Positions 9,638-19,235 of a DNA stretch of 64,000 nt are shown here, in pieces; positions within the stretch are counted from its first letter, which is position 1; every line of letters begins with the position of its first letter. The stretch comes from an uncultured delta proteobacterium (lineage in GTDB: Bacteria > Desulfobacterota > Binatia > UBA9968): positions 597,603 through 661,602 of the forward strand of contig CAVSHR010000012.1 of the NCBI GenBank assembly GCA_963727625.1, given 5' to 3'. The translations under genes and the position numbers were made by a program. The notes beneath the pieces are model-generated. The model saw only the letters and a program-made list of their open reading frames with translations, was not told where the DNA came from and searched no databases.

Positions 9638-11290
9638 ATGCAAGCGACTGCTAAAGCGATCGGCGACCATTCTGCAGCAGAAATCAGGCAATTGGTTCGC
9701 GACAAGTATTCTGAAGTCGCGCTCAAGCCGGGCTCAAAATACAAGTTCAGGGTCGGTCGCGAGTATGCGATCGAGCTCGGCTATCCCCCTCAAAAGGTTC
9801 AAGCGCTTCCGGAGAAATTGGCTGAGGCCTTTACCGGCGTCTCTTCGTTCATGGCCCGTTTCGAGGATTTCGCTCCAGGAGATGTCGTCCTCGAGCTTGG
9901 ATCCGGTGGAGGATTCGACAGCGCATTACTCGCCAAACGATTCGGCGCTGCGACAAAGGTCATTGGAGTCGATTTTTCTCTCGACATGATTCAAAGGGCA
10001 GCGCGATCTCTCGGCGCGCTGGAGCTTTGCCAGGTTAATTATACCCAGGCTGTGGCGGAGGAGCTTCCCGTCCGTGATAATTCAGTGGACTGGGTTGTCA
10101 GCAACGGGATCTTCAATCTCTCCCCGGAGAAGGAGAGAATCCTGTCCGAGATTCATCGGGTCCTAAAACCCAAGGGTCACGTGCTCTGTTCCGAGATCGT
10201 TCTCTATCAGGAGCCCACTCCGGAGGAGCGTCTCAATGAAGACGACTGGTTCAAGTGAATTGCCGGCGCAATGTCGGAAAAGTCTTTTCTGACCAAATTC
10301 ATCGAGGCTGGGTTCACCCGCATAGAGATCCTGGAGAATTCCGAGAATAAACGAACGCCAAACCGCAACGCCTACGTGGTTACTCTAGCCGCGCAGAAGG
10401 CGCCCGCGGCGTTACGGGCGCCTCTTGAGCAAAAAACCAAACCCGTCCTGAATCGGGAAAACGCAGCCGAAGTCTTGAAGGAATGTTGGGTTTTTCCGGT
10501 CGCGCCGGAGACCTGCAATCTGGCGTGCACCCATTGTCTTTATGGCGCTTCGCCACGATCGCGCAATCCTTACCGTGTCACGTCCGGCGAGCTGGGCGAA
10601 TTACTGGCGCAGGTAAAATCCGTCGGTGCGAAACCGCATTTTTTGTTTACCGGCGGGGAGCCGACGCTGCACTCTGAACTCTACGATTTTCTACAAACTT
10701 TTGATCGAGAGGGCTACTCGTTCCAGCTCATGACCAATGGAACTCGGATCCAGGAAGAAAGTGCCGAGCGTTTAGCGAAGCTGTCTCATCTGATCAAGGT
10801 GCAAGTATCACTGGAATCGGCGGACGCGAAAATCAACGATTCCATTTACGGCGCCGGACTGTACGGCAGGGTCCTCAAGGCAGTGAAAGTTCTCAAAGAA
10901 AAAAATGTCCCGGTGACACTGGCGGCAACAGCCATGGAGATCAACGAGCACGGTCTCTCCGCCATCGAAGAGTTGGCCGACGCCCAGGGAGTGGAATTGA
11001 AACAGATACTTTTGTACGAGCTCGGCGCAGCCAAAGAAAACGGCTTGAAACCGGCGCAGCAAATTCCAACCGACAACGGTCAAAGGGACAGAGAACTGAT
11101 GTGTGACAAAGGGGTCGCCTATTCCGAGGGAGCCTTCTACCCGTGTCCCGTGCTGGTCAAGGAGCCGCAGACGAAATTAGGCGATAGTTTAGAGCAGGCC
11201 TTGAGTCCGGAGTCACGCCGTAAAGTGACCGGGTTGCAGGAAACGCACGCTGCCTGTCAGGTTTGCCTTAAAGGCTCCACGTGAGCGTAG
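9638..11290 (+). CDS. Putative selenoprotein: ArsM-like methyltransferase fused to ArsS-like radical SAM domain (UGA at 10256-10258 read as Sec; possible second Sec at 11282-11284)
   Basis: ORFs 9638-10258 and 10271-11284 are in frame, separated only by TGA-ATT-GCC-GGC-GCA (DDWFK-U-IAGA, cf. ArsM W.GC(I/V)AGA); LELGSGGGFD SAM motif; CNLACTHC rSAM motif; C-terminus CQVCLKGST-TGA-GCG-TAG. Confidence 0.8.
10273..10293 (+). promoter_or_regulatory. Candidate bacterial SECIS hairpin for UGA 10256-10258
   Basis: GTCGGAAAA-GTC-TTTTCTGAC, 9-bp stem with one G-U pair; G-initiated loop 24 nt after the UGA. Confidence 0.55.
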
Positions 11291-11294
11291 GCAA

Positions 11295-11311
11295 GCGCTC
11301 CGTAGGAGCGC
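11295..11311 (+). promoter_or_regulatory. Candidate SECIS hairpin for UGA 11282-11284 (alternatively an intergenic stem-loop)
   Basis: GCGCTCC-GTA-GGAGCGC perfect 7-bp stem starting 10 nt after the UGA, G-initiated loop, no poly-U tail. Confidence 0.45.
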
Positions 11312-11365
11312 AAAAGAGAACGATAAAAACACATCCGGAACGGTAGGCGTTAAATCGGACAGGCA

Positions 11366-12427
11366 ATGAATTCAACCGACCCCAAGACTCGAATCGCCTA
11401 TTTCAAGACCATCGATGGCCAAAGTCGTAGCGCGATGGCGACTCTCGATCCGGTCTGCCTCTACCTCGAGGTCAGCAACCAGTGCAACCTGTTATGCAAG
11501 ACCTGTCCCATTACCTACGGCAAAGTGGAGGAACCCGCCTCGTTGAGCTTTGATCAGATCAAGCGCTTGGTCGCCCAATTCCCCACGGTCGAGCGCGTGG
11601 TGCTCCATGGTGTTGGAGAGCCGCTTCTCAATAGGGAACTGGCCAAAATTATTCTCTGGCTCAAGGGCAAGGGGATCTACGTTCTTTTCAATTCGAACGG
11701 CACATTGATCAATAAGCGCTGGCGTGAAGCGCTCGTCGGATCGGGACTCGATGAAATCCGGCTCTCCCTTGACGCAGCAACGCCGGAGACTTTCGCGCGG
11801 GTGCGCGGCAAACGGCTCTTTGCCGTTGTCGTCAGGAATATCCAAGGCCTGATGGCCCTCAAGGCAGAGACAGGACTGCGCACACCGCTCGTTTCACTCT
11901 GGCTGACGGGGTTGAGAGAGACTCTGAAGGAGCTCTCGGATTTCGTCCGGTTGGGCCATTCTCTGGGGATCGACCGGGTATACCTCCAACGGCTAGTTTA
12001 TTGGGACGGCAACGGCAATGATCGGCTGGCCCGTCCAGAGCAATCTCTGTTCAATTCCCTGCGAGAAGAAGGCGATCAGGTGATCAAGTCGGCGGAGGAA
12101 TTGGCCCGTTCGCTGGGGATCTCTTTTGAAGCATCCGGAGCAACCACTCCTTCGACTAGCCTTGTGGGTGAAAACTTCGACCAACCCTGGTCAGCCTGCA
12201 TGCGTCCCTGGACACTCATGTACATTAGCGCCCGGGGAAGCGCATTTCCCTGTTGCATTGCCCCTTTCTCGACGGCAGATCTAAGCCATCTCTCTCTCGG
12301 GAACGCGTTCACACAGGATCTGGCCTCCATATGGAATGGAAAGCGTTATCAAGAATTCCGCCGCCGGCTCCTGAGCGCTGAACCGCCTGAATGCTGCAAA
12401 GGTTGTGGCGCCTGTTGGAGTTTGTGA
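11366..12427 (+). CDS. Radical SAM / SPASM-domain protein
   Basis: CNLLCKTC, LHGVGEPLL, C-terminal CMRPW...G.AFPCC...LGN...IWNG...CCKGC. Confidence 0.92.
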   Translation: MNSTDPKTRIAYFKTIDGQSRSAMATLDPVCLYLEVSNQCNLLCKTCPITYGKVEEPASLSFDQIKRLVAQFPTVERVVLHGVGEPLLNRELAKIILWLKGKGIYVLFNSNGTLINKRWREALVGSGLDEIRLSLDAATPETFARVRGKRLFAVVVRNIQGLMALKAETGLRTPLVSLWLTGLRETLKELSDFVRLGHSLGIDRVYLQRLVYWDGNGNDRLARPEQSLFNSLREEGDQVIKSAEELARSLGISFEASGATTPSTSLVGENFDQPWSACMRPWTLMYISARGSAFPCCIAPFSTADLSHLSLGNAFTQDLASIWNGKRYQEFRRRLLSAEPPECCKGCGACWSL

Positions 12428-12431
12428 TCGC

Positions 12432-13166
12432 ATGAAGATCGAAAGCGGCGGCAAGAACAAAAGTCGAGCTCTGGTGGTCGTTGCCAAAGCGCCGTTACAG
12501 GGTCTTGTCAAAACGCGGCTTTATTCCTACCTCAGTCCTGTAGACGCCGCCGGCCTCTACGAGTGTTTGCTCGGCGATATCGTCTCCAAGTTGGAGAGCT
12601 ACGAAAAGAGCGAATTTTGGCTTGCCTTTGCGCCGGGAGGTGAAGACTATTTCCGCCGAAATTACTCGGCGATGAGACTGCTCGCTCAGCGCGGCAAAGA
12701 TCTCGGCGAGCGGCTCCATCACGTTTTTGTGGATCTCTTCCGCAGGGGTTACAGCGAAGTCGTCATCGCCGATAGCGACAGTCCCACGGTGCCGCTTTCG
12801 TCTATCGATCAAGCCTATCAACAACTCAACGAACAAGAATGTGATCTGGTCCTGGGACCATCGGACGACGGCGGTTATTACCTCATAGGCCTCAAGCGTG
12901 CCACGGAACGGATTTTTTACGATATCCCGTGGAGTACCCATAGAGTGCTCGATACCACCTTTAAGAGGGCGGCTGAGCTGGGGTTAAGCGCGGGGCTTCT
13001 CCCTCCTGCCTATGACATCGACATAGAGGATGACCTCAGGAGACTGTGGAATGATTTTTTGGCTCTCAAGCACCTCCGGGCGCTAGCCCCGAGAACCTAT
13101 GACTACCTGAACAATGTCCTCGGCGCCGGATCTTTGCAGGTTCGTGCTTTAACCGAAATCGATTAG
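12432..13166 (+). CDS. TIGR04282/DUF2064-like glycosyltransferase (CofC-like fold, rSAM/selenodomain-associated)
   Basis: AKAP..G.VKTRL, Q.G.DLGERL, SDSPT, LVLGPSDDGGYYLIG, IPWST, YDIDIEDDL. Confidence 0.88.
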   Translation: MKIESGGKNKSRALVVVAKAPLQGLVKTRLYSYLSPVDAAGLYECLLGDIVSKLESYEKSEFWLAFAPGGEDYFRRNYSAMRLLAQRGKDLGERLHHVFVDLFRRGYSEVVIADSDSPTVPLSSIDQAYQQLNEQECDLVLGPSDDGGYYLIGLKRATERIFYDIPWSTHRVLDTTFKRAAELGLSAGLLPPAYDIDIEDDLRRLWNDFLALKHLRALAPRTYDYLNNVLGAGSLQVRALTEID

Positions 13167-13176
13167 GAGGCTCAGA

Positions 13177-13716
13177 ATGGCCGCAGCCGTTAGTTCCGTC
13201 GGGATTCGAGACCTGGCTCTTTGGGCTGGTCTTTATCGAATTGCGCTCGGGATTATGTGGCTGCAAATGGCCTTACAAAAAGCGCCCTGGATCATGGGGC
13301 CCGAGGGAAGGCCCTACGGTTGGCTCTACGGTTACATCTGGAAGGAAATCAATAATCCGACCTTTACTTTTTACACCGAGTTTCTGAAAAATATAGTGCT
13401 TCCCAATTTTTACTATTTTGGTTTGTTGACCTTCGTCGTTGAGATCGCAATCGGGGTGTCACTGGTGCTGGGTTTTTTAGTTCCTCTGATCGGCGGTCTC
13501 GGCGGCGCCCTCATGCAAACCAATATCATGCTCGGCAGTTACAGCATTCCGAGCGAGTGGTTTTGGCTTTGGCCCATGCTGATCGGCAGTCACGTCATCT
13601 TCATGATGGGTAGAGCCGGCCGCCGTCTCGGATTGGATGGCCTCCTTTCAAGCTCTCTTGAGCACTCCCCTGATACAGGAGGCAAGTTGAGACGATTCTT
13701 GACCTATGTCGTGTAG
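13177..13716 (+). CDS. DoxX / TQO small subunit DoxD-like membrane protein
   Basis: RIALG..WL....QK, EIAIGVSL.LG, RAGRRLGLDG; strong RBS. Confidence 0.75.
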   Translation: MAAAVSSVGIRDLALWAGLYRIALGIMWLQMALQKAPWIMGPEGRPYGWLYGYIWKEINNPTFTFYTEFLKNIVLPNFYYFGLLTFVVEIAIGVSLVLGFLVPLIGGLGGALMQTNIMLGSYSIPSEWFWLWPMLIGSHVIFMMGRAGRRLGLDGLLSSSLEHSPDTGGKLRRFLTYVV

Positions 13717-13745
13717 TTGCATTCGCGCAGTCGGGCTATAGCAGG

Positions 13746-15251
13746 ATGATCCGATTCATTACCAGAAACAAAGTCTGGGTATTAGGACTGCTCTCCGCAG
13801 CCATCTACGGCATGAATTTGCGCATGGCTGACGTGCTGGTCCGCCTTGAGATCCTCGATTCTGCACCGGACCCCATAGCGTCTTACTTGATCCAAATCGC
13901 GCCTCTGAGTCTAATCTATTTTCTGGCCGTGTGGATGACGGCACGTGCGCAATACGCCAAGAAGACTTTGACGCCCATTATCCTGTTTGCGCTGTTGTTC
14001 CGACTGCCTCTGATCCTTTTAGAGCCCGCCCTCTCCAGTGACGTCTATCGCTACCTTTGGGAAGGGAAAGTGCAAATTGTTGCCGGAATGAATCCCTACG
14101 TCGTGCCGCCGGCGGACGACCGCCTTGCCTCTCTACGGGATCAAGCGATTTATCCTCACATCAATCGCAAGGAGGCGCCGACGATCTATCCTGCAGGCGC
14201 GCAGCTCCTTTTCGCCCTACTACACAAGGCCGGCGTCGAAAGCCCCCAGGCATTCAAAGCTCTGTCCCTTGTTGCCGATGCTCTATCGCTGCTTCTCCTG
14301 CTTTTAATCCTTAAGCGACTCCATTTGCCGCTTGACCGCGTTATCATCTACGCGTGGAATCCTCTCCTTATCTATGAGTTCTTTTGGAGCGGCCACCTGG
14401 AAAGCTTCATGTTGCCTCCCCTGCTGGGCTTTATCTATTTTACCCTTCGGGGTTGGGTGCTAGCTGCCGGTGTCGCCCTCGGCCTCGCGACAGCGATTAA
14501 ACTAGTCCCCCTGTTTCTTCTGGCAACCGTGCCTCCGGGCAAGAGGATTAGGACAGTAATCCCTTTTGTCTTTGTTCTGGGGCTTGCTTATATCTTTTAC
14601 GCCGCAGCGGGGACGAGGATCCTGGGCTTTCTTCCAACCTATTTCTCTGACCCATACGAGATTTTCAATCTCGGCATCGTCCAACTAGGTTTGTTACGGG
14701 TGGTGCAGTCATTTTCATTTCCCGTCTCTTGGGTTCGTAACATTCTTCTCGCCCTCCTGCTTGCGATCCTAATGATGATCTCACGGCGCGCCCCCAATTC
14801 CCCTGCGGACATTATCGGGAGAAGCTACGCGACCTTTAGCGCCTATCTCTTGCTCATCTATCCCGCTTTTCATCCCTGGTACTTTTGTGCGCTTGTGCCC
14901 TTGTTATGCTTCGTCCCGTCGCGAGCTTGGATCTGCTTCTCCTTGCTGCTCCCTCTGTCTTACTTTAAATACCTCACGCCAGACGGAACGATGCCATTGT
15001 GGATTACGCTCGCAGAATTTGCCCCTTTGTATCTGCTCCTGGTCCGGGAACACGGCCGGTTTCCAATTTGGCTAAGAAAGCGCCAGGCGTCCAGCGGCGC
15101 TATAAACGAGAAATGCGACGGCAAAGAAATTCCAAGCCGCGAACTAAAAGAGCGCCTCCTCTTAGACGATCAGACCGGAGAATTACTGCCTTGCATGTCG
15201 GCGATAACCGCCTTAGCCACAGTCAGGCGAAGCCGTAAAAGAAGGGAATAG
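13746..15251 (+). CDS. GT-C fold membrane glycosyltransferase (GT87/DUF2029-like)
   Basis: LSSDVYRYLWEG...NPY..PP, TIYP, YAWNPL, GHLES, HPWY. Confidence 0.85.
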   Translation: MIRFITRNKVWVLGLLSAAIYGMNLRMADVLVRLEILDSAPDPIASYLIQIAPLSLIYFLAVWMTARAQYAKKTLTPIILFALLFRLPLILLEPALSSDVYRYLWEGKVQIVAGMNPYVVPPADDRLASLRDQAIYPHINRKEAPTIYPAGAQLLFALLHKAGVESPQAFKALSLVADALSLLLLLLILKRLHLPLDRVIIYAWNPLLIYEFFWSGHLESFMLPPLLGFIYFTLRGWVLAAGVALGLATAIKLVPLFLLATVPPGKRIRTVIPFVFVLGLAYIFYAAAGTRILGFLPTYFSDPYEIFNLGIVQLGLLRVVQSFSFPVSWVRNILLALLLAILMMISRRAPNSPADIIGRSYATFSAYLLLIYPAFHPWYFCALVPLLCFVPSRAWICFSLLLPLSYFKYLTPDGTMPLWITLAEFAPLYLLLVREHGRFPIWLRKRQASSGAINEKCDGKEIPSRELKERLLLDDQTGELLPCMSAITALATVRRSRKRRE

Positions 15252-15255
15252 CTCA

Positions 15256-16833
15256 GTGGCAACCGGCATTTTAGAATCAATTTTTTACTACAGCCTCGGC
15301 GCGCTCTACCTTCTGTGCCTGAGCGGGCTCTTTCTCTACGGCACCAACTGCTATGTTCTGCTCCTGCTCTTTCGCCGAAACCGCAGCAAAGGCGAGAAGG
15401 AGTATCGCGACGCTCTCGATAACTTTGAGAACTCCCCCTGGAAAAACGACCTCCCTCAGATCACGGTACAACTGCCGATCTACAACGAGCGCTATGTTGT
15501 CGCTCGGCTCATGAAAGCTGTCAGCGCCCTGGATTACCCGCGCGACCGATTGGAGATTCAGCTCCTCGACGACTCCACCGATGATTCCGTGGAGATCATC
15601 AGCCGGCTGGTCGCGGATTATCGGAAAGAGGGCTTCCCTATCGTCCATCTCCAGCGAGCAACCCGACAGGGCTTTAAAGCAGGCGCGCTTAGGGAAGGCA
15701 TGGAGACAGCGCGTGGAGAATTTTTCGCCATTTTCGATGCCGACTTCGTTCCCCCGCCTGACTTTCTGCGCAAAACCATTCCTTACTTCTTGAATGCCAA
15801 AGTCGGTATGGTGCAGGCGCGGTGGAGTCACATCAATCCCAACTATTCGCTTCTGACACGCGCGCAGTCGATTGGAATCGACTCGCATTTTTCCATCGAG
15901 CAAGGCGCCCGAGCCTGGTCGGGCCTTTTTCTCAACTTCAACGGCACCGCAGGTGTATGGAGACGGCAAGCCATCGTTGAAGCTGGAGGCTGGCAAGCCG
16001 ATACTCTCACCGAGGACATGGACCTAAGCTATCGAGCTCAACTAGCGGGTTGGCGGATGAAGTATCTCTTGGAAGTGGCGTGCCCGGCAGAACTGCCGGT
16101 GCAGGTGGCTGCATTTAAATCGCAACAGTTTCGTTGGGCAAAAGGCTCCATCCAAACGGCACGCAAAATAATGCCCGCTCTGCTTAGGGCGCCCTGCTCA
16201 AATTTCGCCAAGTGGCAGGCCATGCTCCACATGACTCACTACGTCATCCATCCGCTGATGCTGGTCACTATTTTGCTTTCCTATCCGGTAATCCTTATCC
16301 AGGATACTGAGTCAAGCCCCTGGCTGTTGGCCGGCGCTTTCATTTTATTTCTATCGGCGACGTTGGCCCCCTCGACTTTGTATCTTGCGTCGCAAAGATT
16401 TCTCTACCCGGACTGGCGCACCCGGATACGTTGGATCTCGCTTATGACACTGATCGGCACGGGCCTCTCGTTAAACAACGCGCGAGCGATTTTGGAAGGG
16501 CTGTTCCTTTCCGGCGGAAACTTCGTGCGCACTCCGAAGTTCGGCGTCTTTCCTGGCGACGATTTGCGCGGACGGATAATAGGCTATGGTCTCAAGATGG
16601 GTATGCTGCCATGGCTCGAGTTGGCTATCGGAGTTTATGCGCTATTTGCACTGACTCAAGCCATTAAAACTCCGGGCATACTGATCAGCCCATTCCTGCT
16701 GATGTACACGTGTGGTTTTTTCTATATCGCGCTCAAGGGAATCGGCGAATCGCTGGACTGGAAGATCGGCAAGTACCGACCCCCACCACCGCCCACCGCA
16801 TCCACTGTGATCGAGCAACACGATGGCACCTGA
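15256..16833 (+). CDS. Processive-type GT2 glycosyltransferase (cellulose-synthase-like)
   Basis: VQLPIYNE, DDSTD, GFKAGAL, FDADF, TEDMDLSYR, QQFRW, FVRTPK. Confidence 0.92.
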   Translation: MATGILESIFYYSLGALYLLCLSGLFLYGTNCYVLLLLFRRNRSKGEKEYRDALDNFENSPWKNDLPQITVQLPIYNERYVVARLMKAVSALDYPRDRLEIQLLDDSTDDSVEIISRLVADYRKEGFPIVHLQRATRQGFKAGALREGMETARGEFFAIFDADFVPPPDFLRKTIPYFLNAKVGMVQARWSHINPNYSLLTRAQSIGIDSHFSIEQGARAWSGLFLNFNGTAGVWRRQAIVEAGGWQADTLTEDMDLSYRAQLAGWRMKYLLEVACPAELPVQVAAFKSQQFRWAKGSIQTARKIMPALLRAPCSNFAKWQAMLHMTHYVIHPLMLVTILLSYPVILIQDTESSPWLLAGAFILFLSATLAPSTLYLASQRFLYPDWRTRIRWISLMTLIGTGLSLNNARAILEGLFLSGGNFVRTPKFGVFPGDDLRGRIIGYGLKMGMLPWLELAIGVYALFALTQAIKTPGILISPFLLMYTCGFFYIALKGIGESLDWKIGKYRPPPPPTASTVIEQHDGT

Positions 16834-16848
16834 GAAGACTCCTTCGAT

Positions 16849-18489
16849 ATGAGATTCTTAAAAATGTCCTTCCGCGCCAACTGCCTGATACGAGCGGCGG
16901 CCCTTCTGTTTCTGCTTGCGACCCTGACGCCGCTCGCTGTGGTCCTGGGGCAGAAACTTTTGCCAAGCCCGTGGCCGACCTACCGCGGCGATCTCAAGCG
17001 CACAGGGCGAAGCGATTATAAAGGTCCAACGACCAATCAGCTCCGCTGGGTTTTCTCGACTGGGCTCGCCGAGAAGCGTGGAGGCATCGAGACAGATCCC
17101 GTCATCGGTCCTGACGGAACCGTTTACATCGGCGCCAACAACGGAATTATTTACGCGTTGAACCCTGAAGACGGCTCGATACGCTGGGTTTTTCCCACGG
17201 CTTTTGACACCTTCGCGATCTATTCCAGTCCGAGCGTCGACCAGCAGGGACTCGTCTACTTCGGCGCCAAAGATGGCAACGTTTATGCGCTGAGGGCGCC
17301 AAAACGCGGAATCATGGGGGAATTGGTCTGGTCTCTCAACCTCGGCACTACAATACAGACTTCACCGGCTTTTACACCGGACGGAACTCTCGTGATTGGT
17401 GCCGACGACTGGGCTTACTATGGGATCGCACCTCCCCGGGACGGGACTGGCCCCAGGATAAAGTGGCGCTTCCAAACGCAGGGTACATTGATTACGTCGC
17501 CGGCCGTCGACTCTGACGGGACGATTTTCGTGGCGTCGATGGATGGAAAAATTTATGCTCTGGAGCCGCCAAAGGATGCGAGCCAGCAGCCGGTCAAAGT
17601 CCGCTGGAGCTTTTCTTCGGGCGCGCGCGACGATCGGGGAGGCTTTGAAAACGCGCCCGCCGTCGACAAGCAAGGGACTCTTTACATGGGCGGAAATGAC
17701 GGAATTTTTTACGCTCTGGACAGCAAGACAGGCAAAGTCAAGTGGACGTTCGATGGCGTCGCGCGTTCGGGTTATCGAACCTACGCGATCTTTTCTTCTG
17801 CCGCGATCGGCCCGGATCGGACAGTATACTTTGGTGGGAAGAACGGCGATCTTTACGTAATTCGCCAGCAGCAGGCTTTCTTTCGCTCAGGCCCGCAAGT
17901 CCTCTGGCGGTACAAACTGGGAGCAGGGATTCAATCTTCTCCGCTCCTCGCGGCTGACGGAACCGTTTATCTTGGTGACGAGCGTGGCACCTTGCACGCC
18001 ATCAGACCGCCTGCTTCCGGAGAAGCGGGAACAACCTTGTGGAAATTTTCCACAAAGGGAACATTGATCTCTTCCCCTGCTCTTGCTGCTGACGGAACGC
18101 TCTACGAAGGTTCCATGGACGGGAAACTCTATGCCTTTAAGTCTGGGGCCGCAAAGCCCGGCGCCGAGGGTCCTTTCTCAGGAACCTGGTATGGAACCTA
18201 TGAAAGCCAGCTAATCTCTGGGCAGGTGAGAGCTGTCCTTCGACAAGAAGGCACACAGGTTTGGTCCGCTTGGTTCCTTGAGGGAGTAGGGCGCGGAGAG
18301 GGACAGGCAACTGCCCTGGACAACCGTCTGATATTTTCACTGCCCATAAAAACGGCCCGCTGTCGGGGAACTGTTCGCGGCGAGGGTCAAAGGGACGGGA
18401 ATCGAATCCGCGTCGATGTCCGGATTGATCAATGCGGAGGAAAAATCGTAGGCGGTAAGCTCACGATGCGCAATAGCTTGAAAAGGTAA
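16849..18489 (+). CDS. Exported PQQ-like/BamB-like beta-propeller repeat protein
   Basis: Signal peptide; about 8 repeats of W.F.T...I.SSPA...DGT.Y.G..DG..YA; extra C-terminal beta domain (FSGTWYGTY). Confidence 0.88.
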   Translation: MRFLKMSFRANCLIRAAALLFLLATLTPLAVVLGQKLLPSPWPTYRGDLKRTGRSDYKGPTTNQLRWVFSTGLAEKRGGIETDPVIGPDGTVYIGANNGIIYALNPEDGSIRWVFPTAFDTFAIYSSPSVDQQGLVYFGAKDGNVYALRAPKRGIMGELVWSLNLGTTIQTSPAFTPDGTLVIGADDWAYYGIAPPRDGTGPRIKWRFQTQGTLITSPAVDSDGTIFVASMDGKIYALEPPKDASQQPVKVRWSFSSGARDDRGGFENAPAVDKQGTLYMGGNDGIFYALDSKTGKVKWTFDGVARSGYRTYAIFSSAAIGPDRTVYFGGKNGDLYVIRQQQAFFRSGPQVLWRYKLGAGIQSSPLLAADGTVYLGDERGTLHAIRPPASGEAGTTLWKFSTKGTLISSPALAADGTLYEGSMDGKLYAFKSGAAKPGAEGPFSGTWYGTYESQLISGQVRAVLRQEGTQVWSAWFLEGVGRGEGQATALDNRLIFSLPIKTARCRGTVRGEGQRDGNRIRVDVRIDQCGGKIVGGKLTMRNSLKR

Positions 18490-18533
18490 ACTGTGGGTCA
18501 TGCTCGCTGAACATAGACACCACGACCTTCCCA

Positions 18534-19235
18534 ATGAAAATTTCACTCATCATTCCCGCTCTTGACGAGGAAGAACCTCTGCCTGACGTGTTGGCATCGG
18601 TTCCGCCGGGCGCAGTTGATGAAATTATCGTGGTGGATAACGGGAGCACGGACGGCACCGCGGCTGTCGCTTGTCGTGCTGGAGCACTGGTGGTCATAGA
18701 ACCGAGAAAGGGTTATGGCGCGGCCTGCTGGTCCGGTTTTAAGGCCGCCGAAGACGCTGATATTTTGGTGTTTATGGACGGCGATGGAAGTTTCCAGGCA
18801 GGCGAGATCCCTCGACTCACCGAGCCTATCGCGAGTGGCACTGCGGATCTGGTGCTAGGGAGCCGAGCCCTAGGGGCCACAGATGCAGGGGCAATTCCTC
18901 TCCACGCTCGTTTGGGGAACAGCCTCGTTGCCACTATTATCGGTTTTATCTCGGCAACTCGAATCTCGGACCTGGGACCTTTCCGGGCCATCGGTTGCAA
19001 GAGTTTAGAAAACCTAAATATGCAGGAGCGCACGCACGGCTGGCCCTGTGAGATGATCATTAAGTCAGCCAAGTTCGGATACCGGGTCCTCGAGGTTCCT
19101 GTAACTTATCGCCCCCGCACCGGCGGAAAATCAAAAGTCTCCGGCACAATCGCCGGGAGTATCAGTGCTGCCATTGCTATGCTCAGAGTGACCCTCCGGT
19201 GGTTATTTTGGAATCCAAACCGCAACATATCTTAA
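18534..19235 (+). CDS. GT2 glycosyltransferase (polyprenol-phosphate glycosyltransferase/DPM1-like)
   Basis: IIPALDEE, VVDNGSTDGT, GYGAAC, FMDGDGS, DLGPFRAI, EVPVTYR.R.GG.SK. Confidence 0.92.
   Translation: MKISLIIPALDEEEPLPDVLASVPPGAVDEIIVVDNGSTDGTAAVACRAGALVVIEPRKGYGAACWSGFKAAEDADILVFMDGDGSFQAGEIPRLTEPIASGTADLVLGSRALGATDAGAIPLHARLGNSLVATIIGFISATRISDLGPFRAIGCKSLENLNMQERTHGWPCEMIIKSAKFGYRVLEVPVTYRPRTGGKSKVSGTIAGSISAAIAMLRVTLRWLFWNPNRNIS

Noticed and set aside
12425-12427. TGA ending the second radical SAM gene as a further Sec codon
   Set aside because: CG..WSL looks like a natural terminus, the next gene starts 4 nt later in another frame, and no hairpin was evident.
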